Assembly: GCA_910592345.1 (NCBI GenBank)
Contig: CAJVPI010000158.1
Span: 1 to 47,865 of the forward strand
Source of the DNA: Paraglomus brasilianum
Taxonomy: Eukaryota
Reading direction: 5' to 3'
DNA: 47,865 nucleotides
The notes beneath the pieces are model-generated. The model made no database searches. It saw only the letters and a program-made list of their open reading frames with translations, and was not told where the DNA came from. Made by a program: the position numbers and the translations under genes. This document shows positions 1 through 12,300 of this stretch, in pieces. How positions within the stretch are numbered: the first letter of the stretch is position 1; every line of letters starts with the position of its first letter.

Positions 1-639
1 AAACTGCCGCATGGCGTAAATAGTATTCCCGTACGCAGGTATGAAGTATCCGCTATCGCTCGTGGAATACTCGCCGCCATAGATATATAATACTTACTCT
101 TACCGCGTTAATTCATATCGTTGTTATTGCAAGAGTGATAAAAGGCGTCTATTCAATTTCAAAATATTAACTCAATGTTCAACAACCTGTGTTTGTGCTG
201 TTCCTGGTCACCCGCTTACCAGCATATCGAGCGTGTATGGTATAATACTGGCTTTCTGTAACTAGTCGTCGTTGAGGGAGAACTCTTGTCACAAAAAAGT
301 TTGTATCTGGAGCATAAGAACGCGAAGGACTTTGTGGACGAGCAGTGTTTATTTACTCCCGGCCCTATTCCCAACGAGACTCACCAATAGTTATCTGTTT
401 AACTTCATAGTAACAGTAAGTTGAGTTTATACAACCAGTCGTTGAGAAAGACGAACTCTTGTCGCAAAGAAATTTTACTCACGCCCTTAAAGTTATCAGC
501 GCGTTGGCTGACGTGACTGGTTATTTGCTTGCGCAATTAAAATTTTTTCTAATATCACGTTTACTTTTACACCATTGAGGATATGGCTGGCACAAAACTT
601 CTAACATGAGGTGATCAGGTGATCAGGTGACCAGTAGAC

Positions 640-640
<1 letters not shown>

Positions 641-677
<37 letters not shown>
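641..677. repeat. 37-nt poly-T tract preceded by a GTGATCAG tandem
   Basis: Directly visible: T37 at 641-677 and gtgatcag-gtgatcag-gtgaccag at 611-634. Confidence 0.9.
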
Positions 678-681
<4 letters not shown>

Positions 682-778
682 AAAAAATCTGTCAAAATAT
701 TACTTCATCTAGACTACTATATAATTAGACATTTTTGCCGCGCCTTTTTCTATATCGGTTTTGAGAGATTATTACATT

Positions 779-1039
779 TTAAAAATACTGGAATTCATAG
801 AGACTGTGATAACTTATAATTTTATCTATCCGGATAGCCCACCAAATTTCTGATTTCAATAAACGCAGAACCGATAATGCCTTCTTATCGAAGCCACTGG
901 GCGGATCATTGACAAATCGCATTAGGTTGTCCACACTTTCTAAAGCTGCTTTTAATGAAATTATAGGCTGTGATTCATATTCCTTATTAATTTCTTCTTC
1001 ATCTTCTTCATTGTTCTGTGCAGTTGCGACATCATACAA
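779..1039 (-). pseudogene. Relic of the C-terminus of a pogo/Tigger (CENP-B-like) transposase
   Basis: Acidic run followed by PIISLKAALESVDNLMRFVNDPP...LSVLRLLKSEI resembles the acidic + dimerisation tail of Tigger/CENP-B proteins. No DDE domain or true start is visible. ATATCGGTT-rich repeats lie on both sides. Confidence 0.5.
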
Positions 1040-1550
1040 AGAGTGTGTTTAGTATGATCTATAATTAAATGATACTCGATATTATATAACACATGAAGCT
1101 TTGCTATTCGTTATATCGGTTTATCGTTATCGGAATTGCGCGATTTTATATGAAATATCGGTTTTCCGAGCAATTTTAATACGTGTTTTGGGAATTAGAA
1201 AAATTATCGATTTTGGCATTTATCGGGTTTTCGAGCTTTATACAAACTGACGTTTTAAAAATAGTATGCATTCAACAGAACATGAATACCATGCAGACAC
1301 TCGGTACAGGTGCTTGATAAAGTTTATATAAAATAAAAATAAAAATAAAAATAAATTAACGTTCCATGTGTTAAAATTACATGCTACTATATGCAGAGGA
1401 GACTACAGTCTTTGCCGTGATGACGACTTTTTTCCTTCTATCGATGCAACTAGTTTAATCGTAGAACCCGTCTTGAAGTGGATAGCTGAATCTTTATCAA
1501 ACCATTCATCAACGAATAACCGGGGCCAGCGCTTGGTCATTCTGAACATA

Positions 1551-4500
1551 TTAGTAAACGGTTGAATACGTCCAAGATTCTGAATCTACATAATCACCGT
1601 TATATTTCTGATGTAGCACAAGTTCTCTTACATTCATTGCATAGGTATCATTTGGACTGATTTCCAATACTCTATTAAGATCGATCAATGCCTTTTCATA
1701 GTTCTTGAGCTCGTAATAAATGACTCCTCTTAGTCTCAATGAGTCTGTATTAGTTGCGTCACGACGTAGTGCCCTATTGATATCTCCCAACGCGAGATCA
1801 TGACTATTACGGTAATAGTGGACAGTTGCCCTTACTCTTAATGCGAATGAATCGGCTCTTCGCCACAGTGATTTGTTGAGATCGGTCAATGCTTTGTCAT
1901 ACTGCGTGAGCTGGCAATAAACATCGCCTCTTACTGCTAGTACCCATACATTGAGAGGATTATATGACAACGATTTGGTGAGATCGTTCAAAGCATTGTC
2001 ATAATCTTTAAGTTGATAATAAGCGTGTCCCCTTCTGCCCAATGTCCACGCATCAAGCGGTTCAATGTTTAGCGATTTGTTGAAATCTAAAAGAGCTTTA
2101 TCGTATTGCTTAAGCCAACAATAGGCATTTCCTCTTTTCTTCAATGAAAATGCAACATTTGGTTCAATTGCCAATGATCTGGTAAAGTCATTTAATGCAT
2201 ATTCATACTTGGTGAGTTGATGATAGACATCTCCCCTAATCCTCAATGCATATGCATCATTCGGTTCAATCTCTAACGATTTAGTAAGATCAGTCAATGC
2301 ATCGTTATAATGCCTGAGATTGCACTGTACACATCCCCTTCTACTCAATGTCAACGCATCATTCGGTTCAATTTGCAACGAATTATTGAAATGAGTCAAT
2401 GCATCGTTATACCTTTTAAATTGAATGTTGATATCTCCTATCTGACTCAATGTTCGTGCATTGTTTGGTTCAATAAGTAATGATCGTTCGAAATCAAGCA
2501 GTGCATCGGTGTAACGTTCGCGCATATAATATATATCACCTCTTGCTCTCAACGCCCATACATTATTCGGTTCAATACTTATTAGTAAATTGAGACTTAT
2601 TAATGCTTCGTCATACTGATAAAGTAAATAATGCACCTCTCCACTTTTACTCAATGCAAATGCATCATGCGGTTTAATCTTTAACGATTTGTTGAAATCA
2701 CCCACTGCATTGTCATACTCATTAAGCAAACTATGAACATATCCCCTTCTACTCAATGTCCATGCATCATCTGGTTTAAGTTCTGATGCCAAATTGAGAT
2801 CATTCAATGCTTTATCATACTCATTAAGCATGCAATAAGTATGTCCTCGTTTACTCAACGCCTCTGCATCATTCGGTTCGATATCTAATAGTGCATTAAG
2901 ATCATTCAATGCATTCTCATGTTGATCAAGTGTGTAATAAATCTCACTTCTTTTAGCTAATGCCCATTTATCGCCTGGTTCCATCTCCAACGCCATATTA
3001 AGATCGTTCAATGCATTGTCATTTTGGTTGAGCTTGTAATAGATATATCCTCTTTTGCTCAACGCAAATGCATTATTTGGTTCAACCTTCAAGAATTTGT
3101 TGAGATCTGCCAAAGCCTTGCTGTATTGATTGAGCATGAGATATACATTTCCCCTAGCTCTAAATGTCCATACATTATCTGGTTCCATCTTCAATAATGC
3201 ACTAAGGTCATTCAATGCATTGTGATATTGATTGAGCATGCAATAAGTTTCACTTCGCTTAGTCAATGTCCATTTATCACTTGGTTCAATTTCTAAAGAC
3301 TTGTTTAGGTCACTTAATGCAATATCATACTGTTTGAGTATGTAATGAATGTCTCCTCTTTTTCTCAATGTAAATGCACAATCCGGTTTAATATTCAATG
3401 TTTTGTTAAAATTCGCCAACGCTTCATCATACCGATTGAGTAAATAATATACGTATCCCCTTCTGCTCAATGCCCAAGCATCATCTGGTTCAATCACCAA
3501 TGCCATATTGAAATCGTTCAGTGCATTGTCATATTGATTGAGCGTGCAATAGACATATCCCCTTTTGTTTAATGTCCATGTATCATTTGGTTTAATTTCT
3601 AAAGATTTGGTAAAGTCACTTAATGCACTGTCATATTGCTCAAGCATGGAATGTACATATCCTCTTCTACTTAACGCGATCGTATCGTTTGGTTCAAGCG
3701 TTAACAACTTGTTAAAATCAGCCAACGCTTTAGCATAACGACTAAAGACATAGTAAAGACAACCCCGTTTACTTAACGTCCATGTGTCATCTGGTTGAAT
3801 TAACAGTGATTTATTGAAATCGTCTAGCGCTTCATGATATTTATCAAGCCTGTAGTAAACATGTCCCCTTCTGCTCAGCGTCCAAGCATTATCTGGTTCG
3901 ATTTGTAAAGACCTGTTGAGATCTACCAACGCAATTTCGTATTGATCAAGCTCGCGATATATGTTTCCCCTTCTACTCAATGCAAATGCATCATTAGGCC
4001 TAATTTCTAATGCTTTGTTGAGATCAACCAATGCCTTGTAATACTGACTAACCGCAAAATGCACACATGCCCTTTTGCTCAAAGTCCATACATCATTTGG
4101 TTTGATTGCCAATGATTTGTAGAGATCATCCAATGCATCTTGATGCTGATTAAGTCTGTAGTAAATGTGTCCTCTTCTACTCAATGTCCATGCATCGTAT
4201 GGGTCGATTTGTAGAGCTTTATTGAAATCACTCAATGCATTGTCATAACGTTCAAGCACGTAATATATATTTCCTCTCCTACTTAGTCCGACTTTGTCAT
4301 TAGGATTAATTTCCAACAGCTTATTGAAATCCTCCAATGCTTTGTCGTATTGGCCAAGTATATAGTACACACGTCCCCGTCTGTTTAGCGTCCAAATATC
4401 ATCCGGTTGAATCAATAATGATTTGCTGAAATCATCTAATGCATCGCGATGCCGATTAAGCCTGCAATTGACATATCCCCTTCGGCTCAATGCCCATGCA

Positions 4501-7215
4501 TCATCTGGCTTGATCTTTAATGATGTATTTAAATCATTCGATGCATTGTCATAATTCTTAAGCATACAATAAACATATCCTCTTTTGCTTAAGGCAAACA
4601 CATTATCTGGTTCAATCTTCAATGATTCATCAAGATCTTTTAATGCATTATTATATTGATTAAGCATACAATAAGCATGTCCTCTTCTGCTCAATGCAAA
4701 TGCATTATTTGGTTCAAACTCCAAGGCTTTGTCGAGATCTGCCATAGCATTGTCATATTGATCAAGCATGCAGTAAGCATGTCCTCTTTTCCCAAGTGCA
4801 AGAATATTATTTGGTTCAATCTCCAATGACTGACTAAGATAGTCCAATGCATCATCATACTGATCAAGCTGACAATAAAGATCACCTTTAAGTCTCAATA
4901 CCCAGCTATTTTTTGGTCTGATCACTAATGACTTGTTGAGATCTTTCAATGCACTGTCATAGTCCTCAAGATGATAGTAGACGCATCCCCGTCTGCTCAA
5001 TGTCCATGCATCATCCGGCTCAATGTCCAGTGATTTATCGAGGTCAGTTAATGCATTGTCATAATTCTTGATCCGGATATAGACATTTCCTCGTATACTC
5101 AAAGCAAATGCATCGTTCGGTTCAAATTTTAATGAACTGTTGAGATCATCAAGCGCATTATTATAACGACCAAGCATATGGTAGACGTTTCCTCGTATAC
5201 TCAAAGTAAACGCATCATGTGGTTCAATCTCCAGCGATTTGCTAAGATCTTTCAATGCATCGTAATATTGGTTTAAGTAATAATGGACATTTCCCCTTAT
5301 ACTCAACGCGAATGCATTATCCGGTTCAGCTTCCAATGATTGATTGAGATCCTTCAACGCGTCGCCATAGTTTTTGAGATTGCAATAGACAGCTCCTCGT
5401 TTGCTCAACGTCCATGCATCATTTGGTTCACTCTCCAGTGACTTGCTTAAATCGTTCAATGCATCGTAATGACGATTGGACATGCGATATACATTTCCTC
5501 TTACACTCAATGCATATGCATTATTTGGTTCAATCCTCAATGCCAGGTTGAGATCATCTAATGCTTTGGCATCTTGATCAAGCATGTGATAAACAAATCC
5601 CCTTCTACCCAATGCCCATACGTTGGATGGTTCAAGCTTTAATGTCTTGTTGAAATCATTTAATGCATTGTTATACAGCCTGATTGTACAATAGACATAT
5701 CCTCTTCTGCTTAGTGCAAATATTTTATTCGATTTGATTTCCAATGATCTATTCAAATCGTTCAGCGCGTTCGCATACTGATTAAGCATGTAATGGGCAT
5801 ATCCTCTCCTACTCAATGCAAAAGTATTATTGTCCGAGTTAACCTCCAATGATCTGTTAAAATCTTTTAATGCATTATCATACTGTCCGAGCATATAATA
5901 GACATGCCCTCGTTTGTTCAATGTCCAGACGTCATCCGGCTTAATCTCTAATGATTTGTTGAGATCATAAAATGCCTGGTCATGCTGATCAAGCCAGTAG
6001 TAGACATACCCCCGTCTACTCAACGTCCGTGTGTCATCTGCTTTAATCTTTAACGATTCATTAAAATCATATAGTGCAGTTTTATATTGATTGAGCTTGC
6101 GATAAATATCTCCTCTTCTGCTCAATAGATATGAATCATTTGTTTTAGTTTCCAACAGTTTATTTAGATGATTTAATTTCTGCAACAAGGTTAGTTGGTC
6201 ATACACTTCTTTACATGATGGCCGCTTATCGGGAATTTTGTCCCAGCATGCTGAGTATAGTTTGACGTATAGTTCAGGTGTTCCAGAACAAATGGATTTA
6301 TGGTTCTGAGTAAGTCCTCTGTATGGAAGTTTTCCACTAGAAATCTCCCAGAGTATTACTCCGAGGCTAAAGATGTTGGAACTATTCCTATGCTCACATA
6401 AAGTGTTCTCGACCAAAGCACCAATGTCATCTTGATTCTTGGACGTTGGACTAGCGTGTACCAACGTTGTTAGCAAATCAAAAGTCGATATTTTTGCTAC
6501 TCCCCTTTGGATAAGGATACTTTCGGAAGACTAAATTAAATTAGATGAATTAATATATCATACGCATTCTAATACACACGAAACAAAGAAAGTTTTATAC
6601 CAAGTTCTTGTGAATGATGTCAAGTTCATGTAAATATTTTATTCCATTGGTAATTTCCAGGCCAAGTTTGTACTTGTCTTTCCATGTCAAACTATCAAAG
6701 CTATTTGCCAAGTGTTCACGTAAACTTCCACCATCAGCAAAATTGAAAACTAGTTTAAAATTATCATGTCGATCTATCACATGAAATGAGATTAGTTCGT
6801 ATGCACCACAAAACTAGTCTCGAATATAATTAACGTACAGTACGTACCTATTAATAGACTTGAAAATCGAATGATGTTGGGATGATCATTTACCCGCTTA
6901 TGGTAATCCAACTAATGAGCGATGATTAAAATTAATATACAAGTCAGTTTCGTAAACATAGACAATAAGAACAAACGGTATGAAATCGATAACCACCTCT
7001 TTGACAAATTTGCTCAGTAGTTCGTCTTTACGATGCCCGTCTTTATTCAAGAAGAAAGACGTCTCTTTTATTGTAACAGCCATTCCAGAATGCTTCATTA
7101 TCGCCTTACGTATACTCCCATAGTCATCAGGTATAATTATGTCATTTTCTGAACAACAATCGACTGATCCATCCGTAACACTTTTGTTCAGCCACTCTTG
7201 TAAATTGCAAGACAT
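1551..7215 (-). CDS. TKL-type pseudokinase fused to 44 TPR repeats (~1811 aa, 4 exons)
   Basis: Exons 7215-6997, 6911-6848, 6773-6601, 6530-1551 join in frame through GT-AG introns. Kinase motifs are VTIK, HPNIIRF, HKNL (for HRD), SSESILI, KISTFDL (for DFG), SNIFSLGVILWEISSG and CW..P..RP, followed by 34-aa TPRs. Confidence 0.9.
1648..6134 (-). repeat. Coding tandem array of 44 TPR units (102 nt each)
   Basis: Counted 44 units of consensus (A/V)(W/F)(A/T)LS(R/K)RGxxYxxLxQYDxALxD(L/F)NKSLxIEPxD, all within one exon. Confidence 0.92.
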
Positions 7216-7280
7216 TGGTTTTGTTTATCTTCAGGGTTTTTTCTTGTTATATTTCCGTAGGCAAATTTGAATTGTTGCGC

Positions 7281-7288
7281 TTTTTATA
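7281..7288 (-). promoter_or_regulatory. TATA-like box upstream of the pseudokinase-TPR gene
   Basis: TATAAAAA on the minus strand about 70 nt upstream of the ATG at 7215. The AT-rich background weakens the call. Confidence 0.35.
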
Positions 7289-8854
7289 TTGTTGTTGTTA
7301 TACATTCTGCTTTTTTGGGAAGAGGGGGTTAGGGTTAGAACGATGCATTCTTTGTTAATATTAATATCGGAGAAGACATCCGATCTATTATTAGTTACTG
7401 CGAATGTAAAGTGTTACACCAACCAGTCATTTATTTTGAGGAAATACAATGTCTTTTCTAAAAAAAGCCTTATCTCTGAATGGTTCGCGAATAAGAATTA
7501 TTTATTATAGTTTTATGTCAAGCACGTATTCCCTGATTTGCAGTTTGTTATAGCTAATTGTCAGCCCTTTTAAAGCAAGTGGCTTTCTGTATGACAAACA
7601 AGTCGCTGTATCTTGTACTCGGGTAAATCGTTCCAAACATCATGTTGGTCATGTTACTGTACGTATTCTCATCTCGGCGGTGATTTGTTCATAAACCTTT
7701 CACTTTTTCAACTAATAATCTAGATTTTCAAAGGAGAATTAGAGTAACAACTATATCAGTAATAAGTAACCGTTTTGTCAAATTTTGCTTCAAGATGAAG
7801 ACTACGAGTCTACCATTCATTATGCACATTGTATGTTTATAACAACCATTGTCCGCAATTGTGACACACAATACTCAATCGCTTAGCTGTGACCTTTACT
7901 ACGCCTTCGAAATTCGAATTAGCTGTCTGCATAATATAGTGCTAACAGCACTTGTATTTTTTAACGATCAAATTTTGAGCGTAATATGCTCTGCAGTAGT
8001 TTGATAATTTGTATTGATTTTCAAAGAGAACATGGCTTTGCTGCAACTAGAAAAGTAAAGTAGCAAAGACTATTAATCCTGACATGCTAATCCCCAAACC
8101 CCACTATAATCAAATAAATTTCCTACTGCGGACTATCAGTTTGTCTTAATGGTTAGAACCAAATAGAAAGTGTAAATAAAGAAAAATGCTAATAGTAATT
8201 CAGAAAACGTAATATTAATTGTTAAACCGAATTGTATATAAGTGTATTTAGAACCTCGATATTATCGACAAACTGAAATGGTTGCCAGCAGACAAGTCAG
8301 TATATGGACTAGATAAATTTTGTCTTATTGACAATATGTAATCTCTGACTATAAATCATATTTATTCGTGGATTTTTTTTGCCGTGAGTGCGAGATCGTT
8401 TCTTTTTACGATAGTAAAGAAAATTCCATCTGCTACAACGCACTTAGTTTCATGTTCGATATTAAACTTCACAAAGACTAGATTCGCTCAGCAAGCTATT
8501 TGAAGGGTACTCTAAAACAGAATCGCTCATTGTTTTTAATCATTGTACAAATTACCTCATCATTTAACAGTTGCTGGTAGTTCATCTAACAGTTTCATTT
8601 TCTAACTCATCAGAAAGCACTTCATATGCTGCATCCTGACAAGGATACCCGACACCCTTTTTCAAGTGAATCATGAGTAGTTACTGTTTTCTGTTGCTTA
8701 TGAATCTAAAAAGATATCATTTAGTAAGTCGTTTAATAAAAGATTCTCATATAAAGAGTACTTCTTTAGAGTCAAGCCTTTTTTCTATTGATGCATGTCG
8801 CTGACTTTAATCCTCTTTGGTCCCGTATCGTACTAACTGACTTTTGTGCAAGTA

Positions 8855-9021
8855 CACAGGCAAACTCGATAAGTCGGTCATGTATGATGGACCGACTTAT
8901 CGAGAGAACCGACTTATCGAGAGATTTTAAATATTAAAACTGAGAAAAAAGCTTGGGAAGTTTTGGCCTTCTTAGGCCAAAATTGAATCATCGAGAGACC
9001 GACTTATCGAGTTTGCCTGTG
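8855..9021. mobile_element. 167-bp MITE, Tc1/mariner-pogo type, TA target-site duplication
   Basis: Perfect 25-nt TIRs (CACAGGCAAACTCGATAAGTCGGTC / GACCGACTTATCGAGTTTGCCTGTG), TA on both sides (8853-8854, 9022-9023), and internal repeats of ACCGACTTATCGAG. Confidence 0.85.
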
Positions 9022-9266
9022 TATTTGGCAGCTTCTAGTAAAGAGGCATAAGTTTAAAAAGAGAATCTCTTTGTGGATCCTCATGGAATTCCCAACAGTA
9101 TTGGGCGTCATCAGTCAAGATTAGCGAACGCCAATCAGATTTCGATATGAAATCGAAATCTTATGCGTTGTGGATATCCTGATTATCAAACCCTCTCCCA
9201 TATTTCCATATTTCCGATTACGGTAAAAAGTTAACTACTCACCCACTGTCAACACGTGCTTCCATT

Positions 9267-9274
9267 TATAAATA
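9267..9274 (+). promoter_or_regulatory. TATA-like box upstream of the pseudokinase-LRR gene
   Basis: TATAAATA about 50 nt upstream of the ATG at 9323. Confidence 0.35.
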
Positions 9275-9322
9275 TCAAACGATTTCCCACGATAAAAAAA
9301 TCAATATAGCTCTTGTCATAAC

Positions 9323-12300
9323 ATGTCTCGGAACCAAGTGGTCGACAATATGTATGAAGAATGTTTAAAACAAAGCGTACAGGAAGGGTTAGTTGCCTGC
9401 TATTCAGAAAATGATATTGCCTTAAGCCCTACGCCTATTAGTAGTGGTGGCATTAGGACATACAAGGCAGTGTTGAAGCGCTCTGGAACACCCGTTGCGA
9501 TCAAGACTCTGGTGGAGGGCTATTGCAACTGTACAAAAGAATTAAGCATGGAGCTTATCAAAGAGGTTTTACGATTGGTGATGTCACTTATATTAACGTG
9601 TGCCCCATCTGTACTAACGAGTATTAATCCATTACCAGATGAGAATTCACAAGGAAATGAAGGGTCATCCAAATATCATTGCGTTTTTAGGCGTATACAG
9701 AGGTATAGTCGTCTTATCTTACTAATAAATAATTAAAATGATACAGGCTAACTCATTTCACATTGTAGGCGACTATGGTGACTATCAACTAATTTTTGAA
9801 TTTGCTGAAAGTGAGACTCTACATATGTACTTGATGGATCACTTTGATGAGTTAACGTGGAAAGACAGGTGTAATCTTGGCTTGGATGTTACTAGTGGAC
9901 TGAAATATTTGCATGACCATGGTATAATCCACAGGGATTTGGTATTTATCACATTAATATTGATTATATCTCTGTATTAGTATATAGTAATATATTTTTA
10001 CTTATTTTGTACATTATTATTTTTGTTTGTTTTAGTCATCTAAAAACGTTCTGATTAAATCTGGCATTGCAAAATTGAGTGGATTTGGTCTATCATATGT
10101 ATTGACATTAAAACAAATGGTATTTGATGGGCAACACAAAGTATGCAAAGCTGAAGCATCCTTTAAATCTGACATTGTTAATCTTGTGAGAATTCTTTTG
10201 GAAATCTCAACTAAGGAGACATCATTTAACCGGCAGACTGAGTATTATCAAGTTACTTCAGATGGAATACCTGTTGAATACATCATGTTCTGTTTAGACT
10301 GTTTATTTTGGAATAGAGGACTTTTTCATGGCAGACCATCCTGTGAAAATGTTTATAAAAAATTGCAAGAATTTTACAAGCACAACGCAATAAATTTAAG
10401 TAGTTATCTTATTCAAGATACAGAAGCAAAGGGCTTGACAAAGGCTTTAGAGGATTCTTTTAGTATTAGCTTGAATCTTAGCAATAACAAGATTGGAAGT
10501 GAAAGTGCAGGCTTGGTAGTTTTAATAAAGGCTCTAGAATCAACATCTATTATTGTCTCTTTGAATCTTGAATACAATTGCATCAGAGATATGGATGCAA
10601 TAATTTTGGCTAAGGCTCTAGATTCCAATACTTCTTTGGCTTGCTTGAACCTCAGTGCTAACCAAATAGGTGATGCTGGATGTATAGCATTAGCAAAAGT
10701 TCTGGAATCAAACTCCTCTCTAAAATACTTGGATTTGAGTGAGAATAAGATTGGAGATATGGGTGCTGCAATGTTAGCAAAGGCTTTGGTTTTAAATTCA
10801 TTAATTTATCTCAACATCCAATTGAACAGGATTGGAGATAGTGGAGCAGCAGCTTTAGGGGAAGCTCTAGAGTCAAATTCTTCTCTAATTTCTTTAAATC
10901 TTGCATTTAATAAGATTGGCAACACTGGAGCATCAGCTTTGGCAAAGGCTCTGGAGCTGGATATCACTCTGGTATTTTTAAATTTATATTATAATCAGAT
11001 TGGAGATGCAGGAGCTACAGCCTTGGCAAAGGCTTTTGCATCAAATAGGCATCTTGTAATTTTGAATTTACAACTAAACAAAATTGGAAATACAGGAATG
11101 ACTGGTTTTTCTGGAGCCTTCACACAGGATTCCAAACTGATTTCTTTACATTTACAATCAAATTATATTGGAGATTTAGGAGCAATAGCTTTGGGAAAAG
11201 CTCTCAGTTCCAAATTGCCTTCTCTGACTTTTTTGAATCTAAAGTTGAACCAAATTAAACATGCAGGTGCAACTGCTTTGGGAAAAGCTATTGAGTTTAA
11301 TAGGAGATTAATTTCTTTGAATTTGTGTCAGAATGAGATTGAAAGTACAGGTGTAAAAGCGCTGGCAAAAGCTTTACAGTTAAGTTCCTCTTTGATCTCT
11401 TTGAATCTTAAGGCAAACAGAATTGGAATTACTGGAGTGAAATATTTGGCAGCTGCTCTAGGGCACAATTGTACTTTATCTATTTTAAATCTCAGTAGGA
11501 ATTATATTAAAGATGTAGGTGCATCAATTTTGGCAAATACATTGAAACTCAATTCTTCCTTGAACTCTCTGAATCTTAGTGAGAATTATATTGGATATGC
11601 GGGAGTAGCAGCATTGGCAGGGGCTCTAAAAGTCAATTCTTCTTTGGTTTCTTTGAATCTCAGCAACAATAATATTGCAGATGAAGGGGCATCAACTCTG
11701 GCAAAAGCTCTAGAATCAAACTCCTGTTTGATATTTCTAGACCTAGAAGAAAATAATATTCAAAGTAAAGGAGCAATAGCTTTGGCACAGTCTTTAAAAC
11801 ATAATTCTTGTTTGATGTTTTTAAATCTATCTTATAATGCTATTAGAAATAATAGTGCTACAAATACAAACTTGATAAAAGCTCTAACATCAAAGTCAAG
11901 TCTGTTCACTTTAAATATATCTCATAATAAGTTTGATGCCAAAAATGCAGCAACCTTGGCAAAAGTGATAGAATCAAAGTCCTTCCAAAAGTTTTTAAAG
12001 ATAGAGAAAAAAATTGGAGATGCAGGAGCAGTTACTTTGGCACAGATTCTAAAATCAGGCACTCATTTGAGCTCTCTAATGCTAATTGACAATATGATTG
12101 GACCTTTGGGTGCAACAGCTTTGGCAAAGGTTGTACAATATTCTTCTTTGACTGTTCTGAATCTTAGTCTGAATAATATTGGGGTAAAAGGAACAATGGC
12201 ATTAGCAAAAGCTTTAGAGTTTAACTCTTCTTTGGCTGTTTTGAACCTATCTTGTAATGGGATTGGAGGTGAAGGAGCAAAATTTTTGGCAAAGGTCTTA

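Noticed and set aside
7326..7338. Telomere-like GGGTTAGGGTTAG
   Set aside because: Only about two units; not distinguishable from chance.
8590..8670. HPDK (plus strand) and AYEVLSD (minus strand) J-domain-like peptides
   Set aside because: They are on opposite strands in short stop-bounded frames; coincidence.
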